The notes under the pieces are model-generated. The model did no database searches, had not been told where the DNA came from, and saw only the letters and a program-made list of their open reading frames with translations. A stretch of DNA of 64,000 bases from Nitrospirota bacterium (lineage in GTDB: Bacteria; Nitrospirota; Nitrospiria; Nitrospirales; Nitrospiraceae): NCBI GenBank assembly GCA_030684575.1, contig JAUXVD010000021.1, positions 92,633 through 156,632 of the forward strand, read 5' to 3'. Shown one piece after another: positions 54,002-63,856 of the stretch. Numbering within the stretch: position 1 is the stretch's first letter; every line of letters begins with the position of its first letter. The translations under genes and the position numbers were made by a program.

Positions 54002-54736
54002 ATGAGGAAGTCAACCAAACAATCCCGCTCCCGCGTGAAGGTCTTCCTGATTCTCGGACTCTGCCTCCCGATCGGGGCGGTCCTATTTCTCTGGCTGCTC
54101 ACCATGCCGGACGTCTCGATCTTACGCGCGACCAATCCACCCGTGACGGCACTCATGGAAGCACGACAGACCCAAGCCGAATCACAAGGCCACAGCACCA
54201 AACGCCATTGGATATGGGTGCCGCTCTCTCGTATCGCTCCCTCACTCCGCCAGGCGGTCGTGGGAGCGGAAGATGCGGCGTTCTTCACCCACGAAGGATT
54301 CGACTGGGAAGGGATCAAAGAGGCCGCCAAATATAACCTCGAGGCGGGTGAACTCAAGCGCGGCGGGAGCACCATTACCCAACAACTGGCCAAAAATCTC
54401 TATCTCTCCTCCGAACGATCCTTGTTTCGGAAGGCCCGGGAAGCGTTGATCACCCGCTCACTCGAACAGCAACTCACGAAGGAACGTATTCTCGAACTGT
54501 ACCTCAACGTCGCCGAATGGGGACAGGGTGTCTACGGAGCGGAGGCGGCAGCCCGCCACCACTTCAAGAAATCCGCACGTGACCTGACGCCCGATGAGGC
54601 CGCCTGGCTGGCGGCCATCTTACCCTCGCCCAGGCGATACGATCCGATCAGAAAAACAACGGCCTTGACTCGCCGACACGAACGGATTGTTCGTCGGATG
54701 AACCAGACGGCGCATCATGACATCAAGCCTGAGTAA
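54002..54736 (+). CDS. mtgA: monofunctional peptidoglycan glycosyltransferase
   Basis: GAEDAAFFTHEGFDWEGI and RGGSTITQQLAKNLYLS (GT51). ATG at 54002 with a TM anchor. Confidence 0.88.
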   Translation: MRKSTKQSRSRVKVFLILGLCLPIGAVLFLWLLTMPDVSILRATNPPVTALMEARQTQAESQGHSTKRHWIWVPLSRIAPSLRQAVVGAEDAAFFTHEGFDWEGIKEAAKYNLEAGELKRGGSTITQQLAKNLYLSSERSLFRKAREALITRSLEQQLTKERILELYLNVAEWGQGVYGAEAAARHHFKKSARDLTPDEAAWLAAILPSPRRYDPIRKTTALTRRHERIVRRMNQTAHHDIKPE

Positions 54737-54751
54737 AGACGGATACCCGGC

Positions 54752-56794
54752 ATGAGAGGCGCTTCATTCGTGCAGGTCTGCGGTCTCATTGCCACCTGCC
54801 TCGTTCCGCACCTCACGCTCGCCGAAGATCCCGCGAAAGAATTCTCCGTCTTGACAACCGATGAAGTCGTGATATCCGCAACGAGAACGGCGGAGCCGAT
54901 CTCGCAGAGTGCGTCTGCCATCACCGTGCTCACACGTGAGCAGATCGAGCGATCTCCCTATCCTGGCGGACATCAGTTGGACGATCTGCTCAGATCGGTT
55001 CCAAGCGTCCAGCCTGCGACGCTGAGCAGTCGCTACAATCATCCTACCGCTCAGTCTGTGACGTTGAACGGCTTGGGCACTCGTCGTACCTTGGTGCTGC
55101 TCGATGGTGTTCCGCTCAACGATGGGTTTGGAGGATGGATCAATTGGGGCTTGATCCCGAACGACATTGAACGGGTCGAGATTGTTCCAGGAGGGGCCTC
55201 GAACCTCTACGGTACCTGGGCCATGGGCGGTGTCATCCACATCATCACGAACACCCCGGCTGAGGGAACAGGATTCAAGGTGGACAGTCAGGCCGGCACA
55301 CTCAGCACGTATCAGCAGGCGTTGAATGCCCGGTACGGAACCGACCGATTCCGTTTTTCGATTGGCTACCGTTGGTTTCATACGAATGGGATCATTCCGG
55401 TCCCGGCCTATCAGCAAGGGCCGGTGGACAGGACGAATGACTCGCGGCACGAACTGCTCAACGGCAGACTGGCCTGGTTACCGTCAAGCAGAACAACCGT
55501 TGACCTCTCAGGAAGCCTGTTCCGGGAAGACCGGACATTTGGAACCAGCCTCAGCCTGGCTTCGAGAACGATCGGCAACATCGCGCTCGGGCTGCATAGC
55601 GACCAGGGACAAGGCGGTCGATGGGAAAGTAAACTGTTCGCCCAATGGCAGACCTTCCGGAATCAAACGTCCCAGATCACACCAAACCCGCTCCTGCGCC
55701 TCGCAGAGTTCCGCAATCTGATTCAGACCATTCCCAGTAACGACTTCGGCGGGTCACTGCAATGGACCGGCAGCCTCTGGGGACCGGATCGGCTGGTATT
55801 AGGCACCGACGCGCGAACGATCATCGCACAAGCCATCGACGATCTCTTTTCCTCGGGAGGCTTCACCGGGCAAACCTTGGCCCGCGGACACCAGCTCGGG
55901 TGGGGCCTGTTCGGGGAATGGATCCTGCCGGCGACAGAACGCTTGACCGTCACGCCAAGCCTCCGGGCCGATTGGTGGAAGAACTACAATGCGAGAAGCG
56001 AATCTCCGACTGCGACCACGGCCTTTCGGGATAACACCGTTCAGGTCGTGAATCCGAAACTATCGGCGAACTACGCCTTGACCAATAACGTCCGCGCGGG
56101 CGCTTCGATCTATCAAGGATTCCGGGCCCCGACGATCAACGAACTCTACCGGGGCTTTGGATTTAGCGGGTTCAGCTTCCTGCCCAACGATCAACTTCGC
56201 CCTGAGCGACTGACGGGGGCGGAGGTCAAACTGGAAGGAACCCTATTGCCTGACCGATCGTTCAGCTGGCGCCTGTCGGCCCATCGGGACGAAGTCAAAG
56301 ACCAGATTCTCTTCCTCTCACAAGGACCGGCAGCCGCCCAACGGCAGAACGTCGGTAGGACTCTATCCACTGGTGGAGCGCTGGATCTCTCGTATCGGGT
56401 CACGCCGCTCCTCTCGCTGAGCTTCGGCTATGCCTATGTCGATTCAGCCATCACCAGCCTTCCAGGAGCGCAGGACCGAGAAGGCAAGCGAATCCCGAAC
56501 GTCTCGCGGAACCAACTCACTGTCGGCACGACCGGCGGCAGATCCGACTGGGCAGAGATCACGATCATGGCCCGATATCTCTCGCGCCAATACAGCGACG
56601 ACTTGAACCTGCAACCGGTGGCCGATTTCGTCGTACTCGACGCGTCACTCCAGCATGAGATTCGAAAAGGGCTCAGGCTGGTTCTCAACGGTGAAAACCT
56701 CACCGACCGGCACTATATTGCGACACAGACCGGTTCGATCAAGACGCTGGGGAGCCCGCTCCTGATCATGGGCGGGATACGCGCCGAATACTGA
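54752..56794 (+). CDS. TonB-dependent receptor
   Basis: Signal peptide. Plug motifs (VVISATRTAE, ITVLTREQIE, VEIVPGGASNLYG). C-terminal beta-barrel ending ...GGIRAEY. Confidence 0.88.
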   Translation: MRGASFVQVCGLIATCLVPHLTLAEDPAKEFSVLTTDEVVISATRTAEPISQSASAITVLTREQIERSPYPGGHQLDDLLRSVPSVQPATLSSRYNHPTAQSVTLNGLGTRRTLVLLDGVPLNDGFGGWINWGLIPNDIERVEIVPGGASNLYGTWAMGGVIHIITNTPAEGTGFKVDSQAGTLSTYQQALNARYGTDRFRFSIGYRWFHTNGIIPVPAYQQGPVDRTNDSRHELLNGRLAWLPSSRTTVDLSGSLFREDRTFGTSLSLASRTIGNIALGLHSDQGQGGRWESKLFAQWQTFRNQTSQITPNPLLRLAEFRNLIQTIPSNDFGGSLQWTGSLWGPDRLVLGTDARTIIAQAIDDLFSSGGFTGQTLARGHQLGWGLFGEWILPATERLTVTPSLRADWWKNYNARSESPTATTAFRDNTVQVVNPKLSANYALTNNVRAGASIYQGFRAPTINELYRGFGFSGFSFLPNDQLRPERLTGAEVKLEGTLLPDRSFSWRLSAHRDEVKDQILFLSQGPAAAQRQNVGRTLSTGGALDLSYRVTPLLSLSFGYAYVDSAITSLPGAQDREGKRIPNVSRNQLTVGTTGGRSDWAEITIMARYLSRQYSDDLNLQPVADFVVLDASLQHEIRKGLRLVLNGENLTDRHYIATQTGSIKTLGSPLLIMGGIRAEY

Positions 56795-56797
56795 GCT

Positions 56798-57238
56798 TTA
56801 TTCGAGAGGCGAGGAATCACCGATCTCGGACGAACCCTGTTCGCCAAAGATCGCCGACTCATGCAGGTAATGTTTGAATTCGAGGAGGTTCCCGGAGGGA
56901 TCTTCGAGAAAGAAGGTGTGGTGTTCGAGGCTGGTGCCGGGGAACCGGAGACGAGGCTGTTGGTAAAAAGACAAGCTGTTTACCTGAGCCTGCTCCAACA
57001 ACCGCTGCCACGAATCTTTCGATAAAAATACCAGGCCAAAATGGCGGGGATAAATGCCCTGTTGCGGCGACAGGGGCTCCGCAGTCAGATGGGCCACAAG
57101 TTGGTGCCCTGCCAGTCCGAATAGGACCGCGCGGCTCGATTCACGCCCCAACGTACAACCCAGTCCTTCGACATAGAAACGTTTCGCCGCCGCCACATCG
57201 TGCGTGGGAAAGGCCAGATGAAACAATGCATCCTTCAT
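56798..57238 (-). CDS. VOC (glyoxalase/bleomycin-resistance/dioxygenase) family protein
   Basis: The ATG at 57238 overlaps the upstream stop (ATGA). MKDALFHLAFPTHDVAAAKRFYVEGLGC...HFGL...FFLEDPSGNLLEF. Confidence 0.75.
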   Translation of the reverse strand: MKDALFHLAFPTHDVAAAKRFYVEGLGCTLGRESSRAVLFGLAGHQLVAHLTAEPLSPQQGIYPRHFGLVFLSKDSWQRLLEQAQVNSLSFYQQPRLRFPGTSLEHHTFFLEDPSGNLLEFKHYLHESAIFGEQGSSEIGDSSPLE

Positions 57239-58164
57239 GGAAACTGCCCTCGAACCGTAGGTGTCCCCCTCCCCTTCCACCAGCCCGCGGCCATATAGGG
57301 CGTCACATGCTTGATGGCACATCGTCCGTCCGGCGAAAGGACTAAGGCCCCGGCCGACCCTTGGACCCGAGACACCAACATACGCAACACCTGTCGAGCT
57401 GCAACTGCAGGACTTTTCCCCATCGCTAGATAATCGCAGATGGTCTTGGCGATGACAAGACGGATGATCCCCTCTCCGACACCGGTCATCGACACGGCAC
57501 CGCTCTGATTGTCCGCATACACGCCGCAGCCAATAAGCGGACTGTCGCCAACCCTCCCAGGCAACATCGAATCGACGCCCCCGGTCGATGCCCCTGCCGC
57601 CACCGTTCCAAACTGATCCAAGGCGACCGCGCCGACGGTTCCATGCTGGTCCTTGCCGGCCTTCTGAGATTGTAACATCGCGCGATAGAGCCGCATCGTC
57701 TGCGCGGCGGACGTTGAGGGAAAAGATCGACCGGTACTCCGGCGAGGCGACCGCGCTTTGGGCAATGGAGCCAATTGACAATATTGCGCAAATTTCGAGG
57801 CCTGGGGTCCGACGAGCAAGATGTGAGGGGTCTCCTCCATGACCAGTCGGGCGGCGGTAATCGGGTGCAGAATCCCTTCGATCGAAGCGACCGCGCCGGC
57901 TCCGAGCTGCGCCCCTTCCATGATCGAGGCGTCCATCCGCTGCACGCCATCGAGCTGGCGATTCGCCCCTCGCCCTGCGTTAAACAGACCGGACTGTTCC
58001 AAGAGACCGATCGTACATTCGACGGCGATGAGGGCAGGGCCTCCCTGCTCAAGAATGGCATAGCCGATGACGAGCGCATCGGCCAGGCAGGTGGCCTGCG
58101 TCGGCGTCATGCGTCGACGACCTGCGCCTCCATGGGCAAGAATGAGGGGAGCGGAACTGGTCAA
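57235..58164 (-). CDS. isoaspartyl peptidase / L-asparaginase (Ntn hydrolase)
   Basis: HGGAG N-terminus. Autoprocessing region HGTVGAVALD. GAGASTGG. Confidence 0.85.
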   Translation of the reverse strand: MTSSAPLILAHGGAGRRRMTPTQATCLADALVIGYAILEQGGPALIAVECTIGLLEQSGLFNAGRGANRQLDGVQRMDASIMEGAQLGAGAVASIEGILHPITAARLVMEETPHILLVGPQASKFAQYCQLAPLPKARSPRRSTGRSFPSTSAAQTMRLYRAMLQSQKAGKDQHGTVGAVALDQFGTVAAGASTGGVDSMLPGRVGDSPLIGCGVYADNQSGAVSMTGVGEGIIRLVIAKTICDYLAMGKSPAVAARQVLRMLVSRVQGSAGALVLSPDGRCAIKHVTPYMAAGWWKGRGTPTVRGQFP

Positions 58165-58733
58165 TTGAGAAGTAAATCCCGAACCTGGCGGTAGGCCGGA
58201 TCTTTCATACGGTCCAAATCGGACCGCACAAATCCCAGGCCGGTGACACAGAGCTCGAAATTATCGGAGAGTGTACGAAACAGCGGGGGCTCCTCCCCTG
58301 ATGGACTGTCGGCCATTTGCGCAACAATTCCATAGGAACGTTTTCCTGTCTTCATATAGTCCACGAGAAAATCTTTGTGGTAGATCATTCCTGCCGTCTT
58401 GAGGCGGCGCAGGTATTCCGGAAACAGGCCCGCCATGAACAGTGTAAAATCTCCGATGTGCTGATGCACATCGCGCTCACGATCCATCGACTGCGCCTCG
58501 AGCAGCACCTCGGATTCGAACAGGAGATCGACCACCGTATCGACCGGTTGGTCTTGCAGATTCCTGATCTTATACAAATGGTCAGTGTGGGTAAAGTCGA
58601 CCAGCAGGTTGGAGACGTAGCTGGTGACATTGACGTCGGGCCACCCGAGATGTTCCGTGAAACTCTTCTCGGTCAGGGCGCCGAAAAACTGCCGGAGCGG
58701 ATGCCGTGGCGGAACTTGCGTTCTCATATCCAC
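58161..58733 (-). CDS. hypothetical protein
   Basis: 190-aa ORF, ATGA-coupled to the asparaginase gene. No domain recognised. Confidence 0.5.
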   Translation of the reverse strand: MDMRTQVPPRHPLRQFFGALTEKSFTEHLGWPDVNVTSYVSNLLVDFTHTDHLYKIRNLQDQPVDTVVDLLFESEVLLEAQSMDRERDVHQHIGDFTLFMAGLFPEYLRRLKTAGMIYHKDFLVDYMKTGKRSYGIVAQMADSPSGEEPPLFRTLSDNFELCVTGLGFVRSDLDRMKDPAYRQVRDLLLN

Positions 58734-58851
58734 CTCTCACACATTCCGAAGACTCGTGAGTTCAGTATAGCAGATGTTCTCAAACGTGCCGATGTCGGCC
58801 CATGATTCTTCTATCGGTCTTCACACAAAAGACTTGAGCGCGATACAATCA

Positions 58852-58987
58852 GCAGGACCGAAAGGCTGTTCAAAAAGACCGTCCAGCAATGCCGCAGCCG
58901 ATGGAAGCACCGGAGGCGTAGCCCCTGGCTACGTTGAGGATGCTTTCGAGGCAAGAACGAAGTTGGCGGGATTTTTCAACAGCCTGC
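58852..58987 (+). repeat. family C element, copy 3
   Basis: Shared centre GCCGCAGCCGATGGAAGCACCGGAGGCGTAGCCCCTGGCTACGTTGAGGATGCTTTCGAGG. The right end ...CAACAGCCTGC overlaps the dtd stop codon by 1 nt. Confidence 0.8.
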
Positions 58988-59389
58988 TAACTCACGCCAC
59001 GGCTATCCAAGACAAAGGTCACCGGTCCGTCGTTCAATAGATCGACCTGCATGTGCGCGGCAAAGATACCGGTCTCAACCGGAGTCCCCTGCGCCCGCAA
59101 TTCCGTAGCGAGCGATTCATAGAGACGCTTGGCTTCGTCAGGCGGAGCCGCCTCCTCGAAACTCGGTCGCCGCCCGTTCGTCGTCCGTCCGAGGAGCGTA
59201 AACTGGGAAACCAACAAGACCGATCCGCCAACGTCCGTCAACGAGCGATTCATCTTTCCCTGTGCATCGGAAAAGATCCGGAGGGTGCGAATCTTCTCGA
59301 CGAGGTACCGGCTATCCGTCTCCCCGTCCCACCACCCGACCGTCGACCTCAACTGCTGCTCTCGTCACCCGCTGAATCACCGCCTTCAT
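58987..59389 (-). pseudogene. dtd: D-aminoacyl-tRNA deacylase, disrupted by an internal out-of-frame deletion
   Basis: The ATG at 59389 gives the canonical [21 protein letters not shown], then hits TAG at 59312-59314. The rest ([19 protein letters not shown]...SQFTL...NDGPVTF) continues in another frame (ORF 58987..59352). The usual GxGLLVLLGV strand is missing. Confidence 0.65.
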
Positions 59390-59392
59390 ACA

Positions 59393-59914
59393 TTACCGTT
59401 CCGGCCGAAGCTGCGCGATCGTGCCCTCAAGAGTGAGCAGTTTGCGTTTCAACGGCAGACCGCAGGAAAATCCACCAATCGACCCATCATGTGCCACGAT
59501 CCGATGGCATGGAATGATAATCGGCATCGGATTCGCCCCCACGGCATTACCGACAGCACGGGCATAGTGGCTGCCTCCCACGCGCATAGCGACCCATTGA
59601 TAGGATCGCAGCCTGCCATAGGAAATGCTCAGCAGCGTTCGCCAGACCTTTTGCTGAAAGCTCGTCCCTCCCGAGAGGTCGAGCGGCAGATCGAAGGATT
59701 GACGTGCTCCGTCGAGATAGTCGATCAATTGGGCCTGTGCCTCTCGCAATCGTGAAGAGGCCCGGCCCTCCAGTAACTCCACAGAGTCCGCTGGCAGCTC
59801 GGATAACAGGGCCCGGCGCGACACCCGGGGCATCACCATCGCGTCAATACCTTTCGACGATTCGGAAATGCCCATCCAGCCCCATCGTGTTTTGAAGACG
59901 ATCGCCTGATGCAT
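59393..59914 (-). CDS. ogt: methylated-DNA--protein-cysteine methyltransferase
   Basis: IIIPCHRIV active-site motif and a C-terminal HTH-like region. Confidence 0.88.
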   Translation of the reverse strand: MHQAIVFKTRWGWMGISESSKGIDAMVMPRVSRRALLSELPADSVELLEGRASSRLREAQAQLIDYLDGARQSFDLPLDLSGGTSFQQKVWRTLLSISYGRLRSYQWVAMRVGGSHYARAVGNAVGANPMPIIIPCHRIVAHDGSIGGFSCGLPLKRKLLTLEGTIAQLRPER

Positions 59915-59922
59915 GTATCACC

Positions 59923-61539
59923 TCAACGGCCGATCACTCGCCCCAATTTTTTCCGTACCATTCCCCACACAAACACAAGCTCTTCAGAATGCAGCAGAGC
60001 ATGGACGCCCAGATAGCCGCTCACGCTCAAGCCAATTGCCATCGTAAGCATGATCGACTTCTCGAGCCAATCACCGGGATGCGCCCACACCTGCGCTGCC
60101 GCAACCCAGCCACAGATCGCAACCAACGGCACAGAGGCGACCAGCACACGGAGCGACGAGCGTCCCACCGAGCCCCACTCGATGCCGCCTAACCGGCGAT
60201 GCAGCACCCCGACTAAGATCCCTCCATTCACCATCGCCGCCAAGGCGGTGGCCAAGGCCAGACCAGCCGGACCAAGCGACGACATGAGTAGAAGTGAGAA
60301 CAGGAGATTGGCCGCAACGGCAATAGCTGCTGAGATGGCCGGCGTCCGCGTATCTTGCAATGAATAAAAGGCCGAAACAATGATACGGACTCCTCCGAAG
60401 GCCCAGAGACCGACGGAATAACAAAACACCACGAGCGCAGTCTCAGCCGTATCGTGCGCCGTGAAGGACCCATGCTCGAAAAACAGATGGATGATCGGTT
60501 GCCGCAGGAGGATCAACCCCAGCATCGCTGGAAGAATGATGAACAGGATCATGCGCAAGCCGAATCCCAATGTCTCCCGCAATTCTCCCAACGCGCCGCG
60601 CGCGGCCTGAGCAGAGAGGGTCGGCAAGATGGCTGTAGCCAATGCCACACCAAAAATTCCGAGCGGAAACTGAATCAGCCGCATGCCGTAAAAGAGATAG
60701 GTCGGCCCGCCTGCAAAGAAAGAGGCGAGGATCGTGCTCACCGTAATGTTGATCTGTGTCACCGACAGACCGAGAAGCGATGGGATCATCAGCGTCCCGA
60801 TCCGCCGTAACCCTGGATGCCCCCACTCCCATCGAAATCCGAACAACAACCCTCGCAGCTTCAGGCTGGGAATCTGCATGGCAAATTGGGCGGCCCCTCC
60901 TGCAACCACCCCGATGGCCACGCCAACAATCGGCTCCGACAGGTACGGTGATACAAACAATGCACAGCCGATCATAAAGACGTTCAGAAAGAGCGGCGAG
61001 AAGGCCGGAGCCGCGAAGGCCCGCACGGAGTTGAGAATCCCCATCGCCAACGCCGCCAGGCTGATAAACAGAAGATAGGGGAACATGACGCGGGTGAGCA
61101 GGGTCGTCAGTGCAACCTTATCAGGATTCGCGTCAAATCCAGGCGCAAGAAGCTGCACGAGCCACGGCGCGGCAAGAATGCCCATGACCGTAACCAGGGC
61201 GACGATCGTCAACAGCGTGGTAAATACGGCGCTGGCCAGCTCCCAGGCTTCCTGCTTGGTGCGCAGCGTCCGATATTCCGTAAAGACCGGAATGAACGCC
61301 GAGGACATCGATCCTTCGGCAAAGAGTTCGCGCAGTAAACTGGGAATCCGAAAGGCGACGTAGAACGCGTCCGCGGCGGGCGTGGCACCGAAGAGGCGGG
61401 CCAAGACCATGTCGCGGACGAAACCGAGAATCCGGCTGGAAAATGTACCGATGCCGATCACCCCAGCCGCTTTCACGACGGAATGATTTTCGTCATGCGA
61501 TGCTGGTGGAGAGCCGGGTGACGTGGCAGGTTCGGACAT
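59923..61539 (-). CDS. murJ: lipid II flippase MurJ
   Basis: 538-aa polytopic protein. N-terminal SRILGFVRDMVLARLFGA and FYVAFRIPSLLRELFAEGS typical of MviN/MurJ. Confidence 0.9.
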   Translation of the reverse strand: MSEPATSPGSPPASHDENHSVVKAAGVIGIGTFSSRILGFVRDMVLARLFGATPAADAFYVAFRIPSLLRELFAEGSMSSAFIPVFTEYRTLRTKQEAWELASAVFTTLLTIVALVTVMGILAAPWLVQLLAPGFDANPDKVALTTLLTRVMFPYLLFISLAALAMGILNSVRAFAAPAFSPLFLNVFMIGCALFVSPYLSEPIVGVAIGVVAGGAAQFAMQIPSLKLRGLLFGFRWEWGHPGLRRIGTLMIPSLLGLSVTQINITVSTILASFFAGGPTYLFYGMRLIQFPLGIFGVALATAILPTLSAQAARGALGELRETLGFGLRMILFIILPAMLGLILLRQPIIHLFFEHGSFTAHDTAETALVVFCYSVGLWAFGGVRIIVSAFYSLQDTRTPAISAAIAVAANLLFSLLLMSSLGPAGLALATALAAMVNGGILVGVLHRRLGGIEWGSVGRSSLRVLVASVPLVAICGWVAAAQVWAHPGDWLEKSIMLTMAIGLSVSGYLGVHALLHSEELVFVWGMVRKKLGRVIGR

Positions 61540-61588
61540 AGGCTTGGATTCTAGCGGAACCTCGCCAGGCAGTCTATCAAGGCAACGA

Positions 61589-62236
61589 TTATGATTCTTG
61601 AATCAAGGTGTCGGGCAACTCGTTCGGATTGTCGCCTGAACCGGCAGGACTAATCTGTCCAAGGAGGATTCCACATTTCGCAATCGCCTCACAGATGGCG
61701 TCGGTCGCTTGTCCTCTTCGAATGCCGTCGGTCATGCCACTGACCAATCCGTCCCATGTGCCGGGAGGGACGCGATCGTTGAGACCTTTGTCCGCCAAGA
61801 CATGCACGCGGCGCTCCAGCAACGAAACAAGGATGAGGATGCCTGTACGGCCTTCCGTATTGTGCAACCCGTGCTTGTAGAAGGCCTGCTCGGCACGCAG
61901 GGTCACTTTATGGACCATGCGCTCGCGTGACGTGACGAGACGGATGATCTCCGGAACTCTGCCAAGCCATTGCCCGAATCCATAGGCCACAACGACTGCC
62001 AACAAGAGCCAGCCGGCATTGCCGGCATGCCAGCCCCAGGGTAGCCAGTAGATCTCGATCGTCAGGAGGAGAGCCAGCACGAGCAGGGCAAGCATGAAGC
62101 CGGTTCGATAGCTGGCTTCACGGTACAGAGCCGAAGCCGGGACGATCATGGGCACAATCTCACCCTGCGTGACCGACTCGGCCTGTTGAACCGCTCGCCT
62201 GATCCGCTCACGCTCTATGTCGGTAAAGGGCTTCAT
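61589..62236 (-). CDS. TPM-domain membrane protein
   Basis: FTDIERERIRRAVQQAESVTQGEIVPMIV followed by two TM segments and a TPM-like C-terminal part. Lies in the LemA-TPM-TPM cluster. Confidence 0.7.
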   Translation of the reverse strand: MKPFTDIERERIRRAVQQAESVTQGEIVPMIVPASALYREASYRTGFMLALLVLALLLTIEIYWLPWGWHAGNAGWLLLAVVVAYGFGQWLGRVPEIIRLVTSRERMVHKVTLRAEQAFYKHGLHNTEGRTGILILVSLLERRVHVLADKGLNDRVPPGTWDGLVSGMTDGIRRGQATDAICEAIAKCGILLGQISPAGSGDNPNELPDTLIQES

Positions 62237-63124
62237 CTACCAATCTCCCGAGGCACCGCCGCCGCTAAAGTCACCACCCCCGCCACTGAATCCGCCGCCG
62301 CCGCCGCCAAATGAACCGCCGAATCCGCCACCAGATCCCGTCATGAAACCTTCTCCCCATCCTCCACCCTGGCCTGCTCCACGGTTGGCTCGCAGGATGA
62401 GCCACAGCAAGAACGCCGTCACGACGGCGGCCAGAAGCCCCAACCCCACCGTCGCAGACTGTGCCACGAGGAAGGCGAGCAGGCTCCCGAGCAACGCACG
62501 GGTACGTTGAAGCCCATGGCTCAACACGATACCGGCCAGAGTCCCGACGACAATCCCTATGATCACATACTGAAGGCCCGTCGGCTCCTGACCGGAACGA
62601 GCGCGATCGGCCAAGACCTCCTCTGCCTGATAGGTACCTTCAATGGTACCGAGGATAGCCTGGACTCCGGCAATAATCCCGCGAGGCAGATCACCTGTCC
62701 GAAACCGAGGCACAATCTCCTGGCGAATAATGTGAGCGGACCTCAGGTCCGTCAAGGGACCTTCGAGGCCATAGCCGACTTCTATGCGGACTTTTCGCTC
62801 GCGCAGGGCGACGAGCAGCAGCACGCCATTCCCCGTCCCCCTCTGGCCAAGTTTCCAGGTGGCACCGACGCGATGAGAGAAGGCTTCGAGCGGCTCGCCT
62901 TCAAGTGTCGGCAGAATCAGCACGGCCACTTGATTGCTGGTTTTCGTCTCGTGAGCCTCGAGGTCGCGGCTGAGTGAAGCTGCGACATCAGCCGGCAACA
63001 CATGTGCAAGGTCCACGACGCGGCCCGTGAGGGCCGGTACCTCCAGCGCCCAGGCCGAGGTGGCCATGAGCAGTATGCCGAGAAAAACCATGAGCCGCGC
63101 CGGCCCTCGCCAGACACGGCTCAT
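62237..63124 (-). CDS. TPM-domain (YgcG-like) protein with Gly-rich C-terminal tail
   Basis: Signal peptide, LTGRVVDLAHVL...NQVAVLILPTLEG TPM pattern, TM segments, GGGFGGSFGGGGGGFSGGGGDFSGGGASGDW tail. Start at 63124 (GGAG upstream) or 63139. Confidence 0.75.
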   Translation of the reverse strand: MSRVWRGPARLMVFLGILLMATSAWALEVPALTGRVVDLAHVLPADVAASLSRDLEAHETKTSNQVAVLILPTLEGEPLEAFSHRVGATWKLGQRGTGNGVLLLVALRERKVRIEVGYGLEGPLTDLRSAHIIRQEIVPRFRTGDLPRGIIAGVQAILGTIEGTYQAEEVLADRARSGQEPTGLQYVIIGIVVGTLAGIVLSHGLQRTRALLGSLLAFLVAQSATVGLGLLAAVVTAFLLWLILRANRGAGQGGGWGEGFMTGSGGGFGGSFGGGGGGFSGGGGDFSGGGASGDW

Positions 63125-63152
63125 GCGCAGTATCTCCATCGTCAGCCTATGT

Positions 63153-63755
63153 TCAGTTAAATTTGACCTCTGGCGGCTTGGCCACAGCCTTTTCATCCGC
63201 CACGGTAAAGTTCGGCTTCTCTTCCAGATGGAGGAGAAACTTCGCCGTTAGGTTCGTGGGAAAATAGCGGACACCCTTGTTATACTCCGCCACTTTCTCG
63301 ATGTAACGTTTGCGCGCAACAGCAATGCGATTTTCAGTCCCCTCGAGTTGGCTCTGAAGATCACGGAAGTTCTGGTCGGCTTTCAGATTGGGATAATTTT
63401 CTGCAATGGCGATGAGGCGGCCCAACGCCGACGTAAGACCGGCCTGTGATTTTTGGAATTGTTCGAAGGCGGCTGGGTCTTTTAACGTTTCTGGCGTCAC
63501 CTGAATTCCCGTGGCTTGTGCACGCGCCTGCACGACCCCTTCAAGCGTATCCTTCTCATGCGCGGCGTAACCCTTGACAGTCGCAACCAGGTTCGGGATC
63601 AGATCGGCTCGCCGTTGGTACTGATTGATCACTTCACTCCAGGCGGCTTTGGTATCTTCGTCCAACCCCTGGAGATCGTTATAACCGCACCCTGAGAGCC
63701 CGACAAACACCATCGTCATGGCGATGGTGGCACATAACGAGATCCGACTGCCCAT
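63153..63755 (-). CDS. LemA family protein
   Basis: Lipobox LSGCGYN. WSEVINQYQRRADLIPNLV and ENRIAVARKRYIEKVAEYN motifs. Confidence 0.88.
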   Translation of the reverse strand: MGSRISLCATIAMTMVFVGLSGCGYNDLQGLDEDTKAAWSEVINQYQRRADLIPNLVATVKGYAAHEKDTLEGVVQARAQATGIQVTPETLKDPAAFEQFQKSQAGLTSALGRLIAIAENYPNLKADQNFRDLQSQLEGTENRIAVARKRYIEKVAEYNKGVRYFPTNLTAKFLLHLEEKPNFTVADEKAVAKPPEVKFN

Positions 63756-63856
63756 GGTGCTCCTCCTTTAACATACGCACGCGCCGGTCTATAGCGCAGG
63801 ATATCGATCATGCTATCATGCGGATCATCTGTATGATACGGAGGCAGGACTGTCCA

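Noticed and set aside
57239-57781. N-terminal extension of the VOC-family ORF (56798..57781)
   Set aside because: It overlaps the isoaspartyl peptidase gene out of frame. The VOC domain starts at the ATG at 57238.
62250-62345. Low-complexity GGC/GCC-rich tract
   Set aside because: It encodes the Gly-rich C-terminal tail typical of YgcG/TPM proteins and is not an independent repeat feature.
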